From positions 5,828,001 through 5,892,000 of the forward strand of contig NC_052168.1 of NCBI RefSeq assembly GCF_902713615.1: a stretch of 64,000 bases of DNA. The letters run 5' to 3'. The notes under the pieces were generated by a model. It saw only the letters and a program-made list of their open reading frames with translations. It was not told the DNA's origin and searched no databases. This stretch comes from Scyliorhinus canicula (taxonomy: Eukaryota). The translations under genes and the position numbers were made by a program. Position 1 is the stretch's first letter. Each line of letters starts with the position of its first letter. Positions 19,078 to 42,560 of this stretch are shown piece after piece.

Positions 19078-19525
19078 GTCAGAATATACTGAGCAGCTAT
19101 AGAAGGATTAACAGTAGAGTCGAATCCAAGTAGGAGAATTGGGGCAGCACGGTAGCGTGGTGGTTAGCATCAATGCTTCACAGCTCCAGGGTCCCAGGTT
19201 CGATTCCCGGCTGGGTCATTGTCTGTGCGGAGTCTGCACGTCCTCCCCGTGTGTGCGTGGGTTTTCTCCGGGTGCTCCGGTTTCCTCCCACAGTCCAAAG
19301 ATGTGCAGGTTAGGTGGATTGGCCAGGCTAAATTGCCCTTAGTGTCCTAAAAAATAAGGTTAATGGGGGTTGTTGGGTTACTGGTATAGGGTGGATACGT
19401 GGGCTTGAGTAGGGTGATCATTGCTCGGCACAACATCGAGGGCCAAAGAGCCTGTTCTGTGCTGTACTATTCTAATTGTAATTCTAATTGTTAATAGTTT
19501 AATAAACGTGTTAAAGCTATCTCCC
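19078..19525 (+). mobile_element. Fragment of LTR family 1 interrupted by a V-SINE (19140-19485)
   Basis: GATTAACAGTAGAGTCGAATCCAAGTAGGAGAATT | SINE | AATTGTTAATAGTTTAATAAA matches 5648-5700. Confidence 0.75.
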
Positions 19526-19861
19526 TGGCCTATTCTGCGAATGCGTGATGTCAGATCCTCTTTGAATAAATTCAATAAAACCAACATCGATTACATACAA
19601 TAGCAGAGTTAAACAGGATAAATGATGAGGACAGTCGGCGTGGACTGCTCTTGCATTCCCTTGAGTATTAAAGATTAAGGATAACTGATGCGGTGGCGAT
19701 GAATAATATATGATTAGGTGGATGGAGAGAGCCTATTTCCTCTGGGACAGGGTCTGAAGATTACATCTTGGCCATTTCTTCACAAAAAAGGGACATTGAA
19801 GTTTGGAGAAGTCCAGCCACAAAATGCTGGAACCAAATAAATATTTCAAAATGGAGATGGT

Positions 19862-21492
19862 GGCCTCAATTTAATGGCCCCGTTGCTCCCGGCTTGCTGA
19901 CGCAATGAGGCCGTTTAATCTTCTCAGAACGCCTTGGAGATTTGACAAAATCTTTCGAGGTGTCGTGGTCCATATCGGGCTCACGCTGGGCATGGTTCAG
20001 ATTAACATACTTAAATGAGCCATTAAGCTCATTTAAATATGTATATGCTGTGGTGATATGCATCACTGTAGATACACAAGGGGTTAATGTAAATACATGT
20101 AGACTAGATAGACACTAGAGGGAGCACCAGAGACATGACACACAGACACTCAACCAATAGGTCAGTAAGGTAGGACACGACCAATGGGCATTCATGATAC
20201 ACACAGAGGTGACACTACCACGGGGGGGGCATTACACCAACCCATAGATAAAGGACACAGCACATATGATCTTCCTCTTTCCAGTGGAGACATTCAGTGA
20301 GTACAGATACAGGGTTGATTGAACACCACACCCACCACGTGGATTGTAGCAGACTGGTTCGTTATACTTACATAAACTTACATAGAATTTACAGTGCAGA
20401 AGGAGGCCATTCAGCCCATCGGGTCTGCACCGGCTCTTGGAAAGAGCACCCTACCCAAGGTCAACACCTCCACCCTATCCCCATAACCCAGTAACCCCAC
20501 CCAGCACTAAGGGCAATTTGGACACTAAGGGCAATTTATCACGGCTAATCCACCTAACCTGCACATCTTTGGACTGTGGGAGGAAACCGGAGTACCCGGA
20601 GGAAACCCACGCACACACGGGGAGGATGTGCAGACTCTGCACAGACAGTGACCCAACCCGGAATCGAACCGGGACCCTGGAGCTGTGAAGCGATTGTGCT
20701 ATCCACAATGCTACCGTGCTGCCCTTAAGTAGCTATAGAAGGATTAACAGTAGAGTCGAATCCAAGTAGGAGAATTGTTAATAGTTTAATAAATGTGTTG
20801 AAGCTATCTCCAAGCCTGAACCTTCCTTTGTCAGAATGCACATCAAGGAAGCAGCTTATGCTACATCAAGAGCATAACAAAACATATGCAAATTCTCCCA
20901 AGGTCTGGGAACGAACAGTCGTGTCTGAGAGACTTCAACGTGGCCCTGTTTAGCCCTGGTCCATACAAACGTGGAGCAGGTGTGATGGCACCTGGGGGGG
21001 GTGGGGTCTCCCATGCCACCGGAGCCCCCCACTCCCCCGGTTGTGGGGCTCTCAGTATCCTGGCACTCCTGCTGGCACTTGGCCACACTTGGCACTGCCA
21101 CCTGGGCACCCTGACACTGCCAGGAAGCCAATGGCACAGCCAGGATGGCAGGGGCACTGCCAGGGTGGCACTGCCAATGTGTCCAGGTGCCAGGTTGCCC
21201 ATGCCAGGGATCATTGTCCTGCCTTTAAGTGGTGGGGTGAGGGGGGCTCGAGGGCCCCCCCAAGTGGTAAGGTGGGGCAATGGGGGTCTGAAGGCCACGG
21301 TGGGCGAGCTGAGCTAGTCAGTGCAGGAAATTAAGGTAGGTACGGCCTCGGCTGGGCGTCCCTCACCGAGGCCAGAAAAGCAGCAGAGTCCCGTTTGATA
21401 GCGGGGTCGTGCTCGGTGCTTCAGATGCCAAGAAGCACCCCACCGCACGTGCCCAAAACGGGACTCTGTTTTTTTCACGTTAAATCGCGCCC
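19862..21492. mobile_element. MITE-like element with imperfect terminal inverted repeats, containing a nested LTR and SINE
   Basis: GGCCTCAATTTAATGG ... CGTTAAATCGCGCCC; splits a CR1-tail remnant. Confidence 0.55.
20049..20884 (+). mobile_element. Solo LTR (family 1) interrupted by a minus-strand SINE (~20362-20727)
   Basis: TG...CA ends, TATGC TSD (20044-20048 and 20885-20889), near-identical to 5319-5790. Confidence 0.88.
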
Positions 21493-21675
21493 TATAGATT
21501 ATTGTTAGGTAAGGGGATGAAGGCATATGGAACCAAAGTAGACAGGCGGCACTAACATTCAGAGCAGCCATGATAATTGAATGGCAGAACAGGCTTGATG
21601 GGCTGAATGGCCTCTTCCTGTTCCTACATTGCAATCACAGAACAATCATCCAAATCTGCCGGCTTTCCAAAGCTC

Positions 21676-21825
21676 TGATTGGCTCTGGATAACACACTCC
21701 TCCCCCTTTCCTTTGTTAATTGGTGCCGGGATTCATGGCCGATTTCTGATTGGCTAACCGAGATTGTCAATCATCACTGGAGATGTCATCCCATTTGAAT
21801 GCAGGAGGTCCCAGTTGTATAAATA
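21676..21825 (+). promoter_or_regulatory. Ferritin gene 3 promoter (more diverged copy)
   Basis: ATTGG boxes, GATTGTCAATC, TATAAATA 21818-21825. Confidence 0.8.
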
Positions 21826-21876
21826 CAAGAGCTGTGGCACAAGTAATCAGTTCTAGAGCTTTCCAGGTGACAGTGA

Positions 21877-24025
<2,149 letters not shown>

Positions 24026-24349
24026 ATCTTGTTTTTGTTGGTACTAAATTATTGAAGGCAAAAGCTGATTTATCTGTTTGTCTCAAATGAGACCTTCTTT
24101 GTCTCAAATGGGACCTGCTCTTGTAATATAACTGTAAATAAACTACTGTTTTGCCTCCTTGTACATTTGAAGTCCTTTTTTACTTCCAGATATAGTTCAT
24201 ATGAACATCTGTGCACTATTCTTCATGACCATGGTGAAGGTCTAATTTCCATTCTCACTCCTGACCATGATTTGGGTTTACTTGGCACTATTGACAGTAG
24301 TTCCACAATGATGTTCAGTGTTCTAGCACTGGCTGAGGTGATGATTACA

Positions 24350-25235
24350 TATCAATCAACATCCTGGGGGTTACCATTTCAGAAAGTGGGCTAGCCCTAT
24401 TAATGCTGTGGCTACCAGGGCAGGTCAAGGCTAGGAATCCTATGGTGAATAATTCAAATCTCCTGACCCCCTTCCCTCCAATGCTGCTCCACCACCTACA
24501 ATTCAGGAGTGTGATGGAATTCACTCCACTTGCTCGGATGAGTGCAGCATGAAACATACAAGTAGCTCAACATCCAGGACACAGCAGCCCTGTGTGATTG
24601 CTTCCCCCTTCCACAAACATTCAAACCCTCCATCACTGCCCAACAGGGGAAACTGTGTGTACCATCCGCAAGATGCACTGCAGTAACTCTCAACTTCCTT
24701 AGACAACACCTTCCAAACCCATGACCACTGCCATCCAGAAAGACAGCATGGTGCTTAGCACTGTTGCTTCACAGCACCAAAGACCCAGGGGTGATTCCTG
24801 GCATGGATCACTCTGCAGAGTCTGCACGTTCTCTCCATGTCTGTGTGGGTTTCCTCTGGTTTCCTCCCACAAGTCCTGAAAAAAGACGTGCTTGTTAGTG
24901 AATTGGAAATTCTGAATTCTTCCTCAGTGTACCCCAAACAGGTGACTAGGGGATTTTCACTGTCACCTCATTGCTGTGTTAATGTAAACTGACTTGTGAT
25001 GTGAATAAAGATTATTGTAAAAGAACAGGAGCAGATACCTCAACCTCCCCCTAACTGGGAAATACATTGTAGTTTCTTCATTGTCACTGGAGCAACATCC
25101 TGGAACTTCCTCACAGCACAGTGGGTGTACCTACACCTCCAGGCCTGCCGTAGTTCAAGAAGGCAGCTCACCATCTTCTGAAGAGAAACTAGGGATGGGT
25201 AATAAATGCTGGCCTAACCAGTGATGCCCACAATT
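24350..25235 (+). mobile_element. Old CR1/L2-like LINE 3' fragment interrupted by a SINE (~24745-25015)
   Basis: CAATCAACATCCTGGGGGTTACCATT...TTCAAGAAGGCAGCTCACC...AATAAATGCTGGCC; same family at 32420-32810 and 54040-55570. Confidence 0.65.
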
Positions 25236-25639
25236 TGGAAATTGCTTAAAACAATACGGCTAAGTAGCAGAAAATGTAAGGAGCTAATCCCCATGATAGC
25301 CCTTTGCAGCTTTTGCTAGTGGGTCAATGCTGATTTCCAATGTGTTGACCATTTGATCCAATGATCTTGCCTCCTATCTTCCCTGGTGGGGTGTTATCGA
25401 GCTTCTACCTGTATAATCTTGGTGGGATCAACGTAGACTATAACAGATTGGAACATAAGACCAGGAATAGGCCATTCAGCCCCTCACTCCTGTCCTGCCA
25501 TTCAATGAGACCATGACTGATCTGTGACCTAACTCCATACACCTGGTTTTTGGTCCATATCCCTTAATATTTATCAGCAACTGGTCTCGCTTCAACTGCT
25601 GTTTGTGGGCGAGAAACCTCTCCCACCCCGTGTGTGCAG

Positions 25640-26004
25640 TAGGAGGTCTTACAGCAACCAGGTTAAAGTCCAACAGGTTCGTTTCGAATCACTAGCTTTC
25701 GGAGCAACTGGAGAGAGGGGTAACTCCAGGTTAAAGAGGCGCGAATTGTCTCAAGCCAGGACAGTTGGAAGGATTTTGCAAACCCAGGCCAGATGATGGG
25801 GGGTGAATGTAGCCAAGGTCCTGGTTGAGGCCATACTCGTGTGTGGAACTTGGCTCTAAGTTTCAGCTCGGCGATTCTGCGTTGTCGCATGTCCTGAAGG
25901 CCGCCTTGACAAATGCTTACCGGGACCTTGAATTCATGTCGCGTTACATTCTTCTTCGCCACCGCCACCGCCACCGCCCCGCCACCCCCCCCCCCTCCCC
26001 CGCC

Positions 26005-26038
<34 letters not shown>

Positions 26039-26290
26039 CTGGCCTGGGCTTGCAAAATCCTATTAACTGTCCTGGCAAGAGACAATTCACATCTCTTTAA
26101 CCAGTGACCATCCCTCTCTACATTTGCTCCATCTAGACCTGTAAAGACTTACCTGGAAAGACTTAATTTCGTGCAAAGACTCGCATTCAAAGGATCGTCT
26201 TGCATCTTTGACTTTGTCTATATCTATGTTCTGGAACCCACTTCTTCATTCACCTGAGGAAGGAGCTGTGCTCCGAAAGCTAGTGATTTA
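25640..26290. mobile_element. Penelope-like element fragment (inverted arrangement)
   Basis: Minus-strand VSICQGGLQDMRQRRIAELKLRAKFHT resembles the PLE GIY-YIG C-terminus; CTAGCTTTCGGAGC / GCTCCGAAAGCTAG inverted ends. Confidence 0.7.
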
Positions 26291-26540
26291 TGTTTTCCAC
26301 AGGAAACTCTTTAAATTCAATATCACAACCTTTGGGGTTCAGCAAAGTCTCTCGTGCCCACTTGGATGGCCATTTCAGTGACCATGTGATGTCCCTCAGT
26401 TTGGACAAAGCTCTTTGTGACCACAGGACAGTCGCTGCATCTCGGATCCTTTTTCACCAGAATCGGTGTAAATACCCGGATACACTTTCTCTTCAGGTGG
26501 GTTAACTGTGCCCATCGGTGACATCTCTCCCGAGAGGCTT
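26290..26540 (-). repeat. Companion sequence, partial copy b
   Basis: Near-identical to 4075-4245 and 33640-33835. Confidence 0.75.
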
Positions 26541-26955
26541 CAGCCACATTGAAAGTTGACCATAAAAGGACTCATCTAACACACAACATTGACGGGCAGG
26601 AAAAGACCAGCTGCTCCATCCAGCCTGTCCCCAAACACAGTAAATGGAGACGTGTCCATGGGTGACGTTGGATTCAGTGATGTTCCCCCCTCCCATTCCC
26701 ACAATTCCATTTCCCTGTCCAGTGGTTGGTTAGGAAATTCCCTCACGATGACCTGATTGTTTGAATATTGTATCAGCTTCACTGCTCCTGGCCAGTAACA
26801 AACTTGTCCAGGTTATGAAAACCCACTTCAGCAAAAGGAACCAATTATCATTGAGTTACAATGGGAGAGTTCAACAACGAGACATTTTCACATCTGAAGA
26901 AGGTCAAGGAAAGCAAAAGCAGTGACATCATCGACCAGGTCTGGATTCCAAAACT

Positions 26956-27113
26956 CTGATTGGCTCTGGGGTTTAAAACCTCCCCCACACACCCTGTGCT
27001 TTGTTAATTGATGTTGGTTCATGGCAGATTCCTGATTGGCTATCAGGGATTGTCAATCACCATTGGTGATGTCATCCCCTGTTTGAATGCAGGATGTCCC
27101 AGTTGTATAAATA
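26956..27113 (+). promoter_or_regulatory. Ferritin gene 4 promoter
   Basis: Conserved core; TATAAATA 27106-27113. Confidence 0.82.
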
Positions 27114-27180
27114 CAAAGGCTTGTGTTAGGAAGGGTCAGTTCTAAAACAGTCTAGGTGATAGAGAACAAGAAAAGTGAGG

Positions 27181-32054
<4,874 letters not shown>

Positions 32055-33509
32055 ACTGACTGCTGGGAACAATCTTGTTCTGTTTGGTGGAACCAGATTA
32101 TTGAAGGCAAAAAACCAAATTCACTGACTTCTGACAATTGTGACCTGGTCTTGTAGCATCATTATAATTGTAAATAAATGACTATTTTGCCTCCTTGTAA
32201 ATTTGAACTCTCCTTTATTTCCTGATATAGTTCATATTGCACCTAGTTACAGACAGCTATGTAATGTCTGAGCATCATTCTTCATGATCATGGAAGGTCT
32301 CATTTCCATGTCTACATCTCAGCCAGAAGCATGATTGGGTTCACATAACACTGTTTTTTAATATTTCACAATACTCTTGATGTTCTGAATGATTTGGCAC
32401 TGAGCAGGGTGTGATTACGAATCAATCAATATCCTGGGGGTCACCATTGATGAGAAACTGGACTGGCCATATTAATACTGTGGCTACCAGGGTAGCTCAA
32501 AGGCTCCGAATCGTATGGTGAGGAATTCCACCTCCTCACCCCCTCCCAAAGCTGCTTCACCACCTCCAATCAGGAGTGTGATGGAATACTCTCCACTTGC
32601 CTGGGTGAGTGCAGCTCCAACAACACTCTGAAGCTCAACACCATCCAGGACAAAACAGCCCATTTGATTGCTCCTCCTTCCACAAACATTCCAACACTCC
32701 TCCACTGATGAATAGTAACAACCGTTACTGTTGCAGATGCACTGCAGTAACGCACCAAGATTGCTTAGACAATGCTTTCCAAATCCCTGACCACTACCGT
32801 TTCAAAGGGTGACATGTCAGCAAAGTGGTTCACATTGTTACTTCACAGTACCAGGGACCCTGGTTTGATTCCTGGCGTAAGTCTGTCTGAGTCTGCACGA
32901 TTTCCCAGTGCCTGTGTGGATTTTCACCCACCAGTCCCAAAAGATGTGCTTGTTCAGTGACCCTCTGAATTCTCCTTGAGTGACCCAGCCCAAAAGCCAC
33001 TCTCATCCTATAAATGTGACTTAACAAACACTTTCTTCCATCAATGTTCCCTAATCCATCTGCAAAATGGGTATTTTTTTAGGTTTGGGCATCGAGCATT
33101 TCATAACCGATAACGTTCATCCTAATGGAATCATAGAATCCCTGCAGCATAGAAGGGGGCCATTCGGCCCATCAAGTCTCCACCAGTCCTTTGAATCGAC
33201 TCAGTGCTCTTTCCATGTTGATGCTACTCCTGCAATTGTCCATGTTTATAAATTAGTTTCAGGAACATTGTTGAGATCTGCACTGACTATAATGATTTTT
33301 CAGTCAACTACCAGTAAGCGGTGTGAGAATGCAGCAACGGAATGGGCAGTGGAGGGGCTGAATATGCCACACACCAGAAGGGCTTCTTAAAGTTGAGGAT
33401 GTGTGAAGCCACAACACAATAATAAAGGGGGGCCCTGGTATTTCAGTCATTCCATGTTCCTGTCTCAGCATCACTCTCAATTTCTGGTCACTGTCAGTGT
33501 TTGTTATTC

Positions 33510-33835
33510 TCTGCACCACTCTGAGCTTCTCATCCCCATCACCATTCACACTCCCTACAGGATGTGATATTGAATAAATAGTTTCCTGTGGAAAGGATCA
33601 ATCAATAGTTCCCTCAGCATCAGTAACCCAGACCTTCAGCAAAGTCTCGTGTCCACTTGGATGGCCATTTGAGTGACCATGTGATGTCCCTCAGTTTGGA
33701 CAAAGCTCTTTGTGACCACAGGACAGTCGCTGCATCTCGGATCCTTTTTCACCAGAATCGGTGTAAATGCCCGGATACACTTTCTCTTCGGGTGGGTCAA
33801 CTGTGCCCATCGGTGACATCTCTCCCGAGAGGCTT
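33510..33835 (-). repeat. Companion sequence, partial copy c
   Basis: Aligns with copies a and b. Confidence 0.75.
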
Positions 33836-34443
33836 CAGCCACATTGAAAGTTGACCATAAAAGGACTCATCCAATATACAACATTGACGGGCAGGAAAAG
33901 ACCAGCTGCTCCATCCAGCCTGTCCCCAAACACAGTAAATGGAGACGTGTCCATGGGTGACATTGGATTCAGTGATGTTCCCCCCCCTCCCATTCCCACA
34001 ATTCCATTTCCCTATCCCGTGGTTGGTTAGAAAATTCCCGCAAAGTGACCGGATTGCTTCGAATATTGTATCAGCTTCACTGTTCCAACTCTTTTTTAGG
34101 TCAACCAAATATAAGAAAAAACTTAGAGATATAACAAAAATGGCCGCTCCTGATAGAGGCACTGCCCGAGCGTAACAAAGATCAACAGAAACTTAAAAAC
34201 AGCAAATGAGAGCAATTAGAGGGGTCAGTAAAGCACCCCAACCCCTGCGGTGCCCACCAGGCACGGACGGAGCCTCACCGTTCCTGACAAATAACAAACT
34301 TGTCCAGATTATTTCAGCAAAAGGAACAAATTGTCATTTAATTCAAATGAGATTGTTAAGCAATGGAACATTTTCACATTGGAAGAGAAAAGCAGTGACA
34401 TCATTAAGCTGAATCTCCCAAACCTGGTCTGGATTCCAAAGCT

Positions 34444-34598
34444 CTGATTGGCTCTGGGTCTCAATCCTCCCCACGCCCCCTCTCATTTAATTGGTGCCCG
34501 GACTAATGGCCGATTCCTGATTGGCCATCAGGAATTGTCAATCATCATTGGTGATGACATTCCCTGTTTGAATGCAGGATGTCCCAGTTGTATAAATA
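34444..34598 (+). promoter_or_regulatory. Ferritin gene 5 promoter
   Basis: TATAAATA 34591-34598; Inr-like TCAGTTC 34621-34627. Confidence 0.82.
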
Positions 34599-34658
34599 CA
34601 AGAGCTTGTGTTGGGCAGGGTCAGTTCTAAAACTTTCTAGGTGATAGTAGCAGTGAAG

Positions 34659-36439
<1,781 letters not shown>

Positions 36440-36779
36440 CTGAACTGACTGTGGGGGGGAGAAGCTTATTGTGTCCTCCACATTTGTAGAACTGAGACCT
36501 TTGGACCTGCCAGTTTGTGATGTTGAAGCAGGGTTCCACTGTGTAAATGTACAAACTATAAATAAATGCTTCATAATGGAGTGAATTTTGCTGACTCAAT
36601 ACCTCCTTTTAACATTGTGCATTGATTGTGTGAGCACAGTGGTTAGAACTGCTGTCTGGGGGACCTGGTTCAATTATGGCCTTGGGGACACTGTCTGTGC
36701 GCAGCTTGCACATTCTTCATTGCCTCCTGCTGCACTCACTGTCGAATACTTTTTTTGTTTTTTGGGAGGGTAGAGAGAA

Positions 36780-38000
36780 TGTGAGCACGGTCAGAGCTGC
36801 CCAAATGGGGGAACTGTGGGTGATGCTTATTCCGAGTGTTGCACCAATGGTGGCTCCATCTTTCCAGCCATTAGCTGCTGAAATGCATGAATACTTTCCT
36901 GTGTGTAGGTGTTCCAGCATTTCAGTCCAAGGAAGACTGAGACTGGGAGGGATCACTGGTTGTACCCCCTGTCCTGGAGCTGCAACTTTTCTGGATCTGC
37001 TTATTGACCAGAGAATCAAGTTGGAACTGACCTCTGGGTAAAAAGGGAATTACAACTGGGTAGTTGGGAATACTGCCTGGAATGTCACACTTGCCATCAG
37101 CCTCGTGAAGGAGGGAAAGTGTTGATTCACTGCTGGGAGAAGATTGAATTTTAATTCTGGAAATCTAGCTCTAGACTCCTTTTAAACAGTAATTGAGCAA
37201 AATGCCTTACTTTGCAAGTTGTCCATTTATAAATATTTCACATGTAACACTGCAGCATCAATTGATACAGGTAAATATATTTAATCTTGGCACATTCATA
37301 CCAAATATAAATCATCCTTTTGGGATCTCAATTATGCTTCAAACTTGGAAAATTAAAGCTTTGCTACAACACTGGTCAGTAGTAAAACTTTGGGATCTTA
37401 GTTGGGAACTGCAGTGAAGACAATGAAACTAGAGGCTCCAATTATTAGAAACACAGTCCTATCAATATCTCTGCATCTAAGTTTCCAGGTCAATCCACAA
37501 ATGGTAAACGATGATTCTTCCCCACTAAGCTTTTCACATCCATCATCATCCCTACTTCCTACAGGTTGTGATACTGAATTCAAAGCATTTCCTGCAGAAA
37601 GGTTCAATCAATAGTTCCCTTGGAACTGGGAACCACAGACCTTCACCAAAATCTCTGGTGTCATTTGGGTGGCTATTGAGTGACCAGGTGATGTCCATCA
37701 GTTTGGACAAAGCCCCTTGGGTGGACAGGCCATTCACTGCATCCTGGATTATTTCTGACCAGACTCGGTTAATACCCAGGTACATTTTCTCTTCAGCTGG
37801 GTCAACATTGCCCATCAATGGCATCTCTCCCCAGAGACTCGTGACTGCAGTGTGACTGACTGACTACTCTGGATGTGAATCACTGCCACCTCAAACCGAC
37901 CCATCGAAACCAGAGTTTTAATGCAAGGAAACACATCCCACCACACAATCCAGGATTGACCCACTTCTGTAGAGAAACCAATTGGGAACACAAAGGAACT
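36780..38000 (-). repeat. Companion sequence, most complete copy d
   Basis: About 1.2 kb; minus-strand acceptor TGGTTTCTCTACAG near 37967-37980. Confidence 0.78.
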
Positions 38001-38943
38001 TGGAGAAATAGGAGCATGATGGGAGAGATCAGAGAGGGAGAAATGTGGAGAATCATATTGTGACACTGATTAGTTATGATCTGGAATTCACTGTCTGAAA
38101 GGACGGAGGAAGCAGATTCAATAATAACTTTGAGGAAGGAAATGGATATTTACATGAAAAGGAAATAAATTTACAGGGTTATCGGGAACGTTTAGGAGGT
38201 GGACCAATTGGTCAGTTGTTTGAAAGAGATGACACCGGTCCCAGTGGTTGAATGGCCTCCGTCTATGTTTTCTGAATCTATGCTGAGTTAAAGAACATCT
38301 GACTATCATTTCAATCAGATTCAAATAACCTTCAGCCACATTGAAAGTTGACCATAAAAGGACTCATCCAATATACAATATTGACAAGTCGGAAAAGACC
38401 AGCTTCTCCATCCAGCCTGTCCCCAAACACAGTAAATGGAGACGTGTCCGTGGGTGACATTGGATTCAGTGATGTTCCCCCCCCCCCCTCCCATTCCCAC
38501 AATTCCATTTCCCTATCCCGTGGTTGGTTAGAAAATTCCCGCAAAGTGACCGGATTGCTTCGAATATTGGATCAGCTTCACTGTTCCAACTCTTTTTTAG
38601 GTCAACCAAATATAAGAAAAAACTTAGGGATATAACAAAAATGGCCGCTCCTGACAGAGGCACTGCCCGAGCGTAACAAAGATCAACAGAAACTTAAAAA
38701 CAGCAAATGAGAGCAATTAGAGGGGTCAGTAAAGCACCCCAACCCCTGCAGTGCCCACCAGGCACGGACGGAGCCTCACCATTCCTGACAAATAACAAAC
38801 TTGTCCAGATTATTTCAGCAAAAGGAACAAATTGTCATTGAATTCAAATGAGATTGTTAAGCAATGGAACATTTTCACATTGGAAGAGAAAAGCAGTGAC
38901 ATCATTAAGCTGAATCTCCCAAACCTGGTCTGGATTCCAAAGC

Positions 38944-39098
38944 TCTGATTGGCTCTGGGTCTCAATCCTCCCCACGCCCCCTCTCATTTAATTGGTGCCC
39001 GGACTCATGTAGACTCCTGATTGGCTATCAGGGATTGTCAATCATCATTGGTGATGTCATTCCCTGTTTGAATGCAGGATGTCCCAGTTGTATAAATA
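38944..39098 (+). promoter_or_regulatory. Ferritin gene 6 promoter
   Basis: TATAAATA 39091-39098. Confidence 0.82.
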
Positions 39099-39158
39099 CA
39101 AGAGCTTGTGTTGGGCAGGGTCAGTTCTAAAACTTTCTAGGTGATAGTAGCAGTGAAG

Positions 39159-40976
<1,818 letters not shown>

Positions 40977-41319
40977 ACTGACTGTGGGGGGGGAGAGAAG
41001 CTTATTGTGTCCTCCACATTTGTAGAACTGAGACCTTTGGACCTGCCAGTTTGTGATGTTGAAGCAGGGTTCCACTGTGTAAATGTACAAACTATAAATA
41101 AATGCTTCATAATGGAGTGAATTTTGCTGACTCAATACCTCCTTTTAACATTGTGCATTGATTGTGTGAGCACAGTGGTTAGCACTGCTGTCTGGGGGAC
41201 CTGGTTCAATTATGGCCTTGGGGACACTGTCTGTGTGCAGCTTGCACATTCTTCATCGCCTCCTGCTGCACTCACTGTCGAATACTTTTTTTGTTTTTTG
41301 GGAGGGGGCGGGTAGAGAG

Positions 41320-42560
41320 AATGTGAGCACGGTGAGAGCTGAGCCGGTCAGAGCTGAGCCGAGCTGTCCAAATGGGGGAACTGTGGGTGATGCTTATTCC
41401 GAGTGTTGCACCAATGGTGGCTCCATCTTTCCAGCCATTAGCTGCTGAAATGCATGAATACTTTCCTGTGTGTAGGTGTTCCAGCATTTCAGTCCAAGGG
41501 AGACTGGGAGGGATCACTGGTTGTACCCCCTGTCCTGGAGCTGCACCTTTTCTGGATCTGCTTCTTGAGCAGAGAACCAAGTTGGAACTGACCTCTGGGT
41601 AAAAAGGGAATTACAACTGGGTAGTTGGGAATACTGCCTGGAATGTCACACTTGCCATCAGCCTCGTGAAGGAGGGAAAGTGTTGATTCACTGCTGGGAG
41701 AAGATTGAATTTTAATTCTGGAAATCTAGCTCTAGACTCCTTTTAAACAGTAATTGAGCAAAATGCCTTACTTTGCAAGTTGTCCATTTATAAATATTTC
41801 GCATGTAACACTGCAGCATCAATTGATACAGGTAAATATATTTAATCTTGGCACATTCATACCAAATATAAATCATCCTTATGGGATCTCAATTATGCTT
41901 CAAACTTGGAAAATTAAAGCTTTGCTACAACACTGGTCAGTAGTAAAACTTTGGGATCTTAGTTGGGAACTGCAGTGAAGACAATGAAACTAGAGGCTCC
42001 AATTATTAGAAACACAGTCCTATCAATATCTCTGCATCTAAGTTTCCAGGTCAATCCACAAATGGTAAACGATGATTCTTCCCCAATAAGCTTTTCATAT
42101 CCATCATCATCCCTACTTCCTACAGTTTGTGATACTGAATTCAAAGCATTTCCTGCAGAAAGGTTCAATCAATAGTTCCCTTGGAACTGGGAACCACACC
42201 TTCATCAAAATCTCTGGTGTCATTTGGGTGGCTATTGAGTGACCAGGTGATGTCCATCAGTTTGGACAAAGCCCCTTGGGTGGACAGGCCATTCACTGCA
42301 TCCTGGATTATTTCTGACCAGACTCGGTGTAAATACCCAGGTACATTTTCTCTTCAGCTGGGTCAACTTTGCCCATCAGTGGCATCTCTCCCCAGAGACT
42401 CGTGACTGCAGTGTGACTGACGACTCTGGATGTGAATCACTGCCACCTCCATCCGACCCATCGAAACCAGAGTTTAAATGCAAGGAAACACATCCCACCA
42501 CACAATCCAGGATTGACCCACTTCTGTAGAGAAACCAGATGGGAACACAAAGGAACTCTG
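41320..42560 (-). repeat. Companion sequence, copy e
   Basis: Near-identical to copy d. Confidence 0.78.

Noticed and set aside
25663-26107. Poly-Gly / poly-Pro ORFs
   Set aside because: C-rich low-complexity tract within a Penelope-like fragment, possibly with sequencing error.
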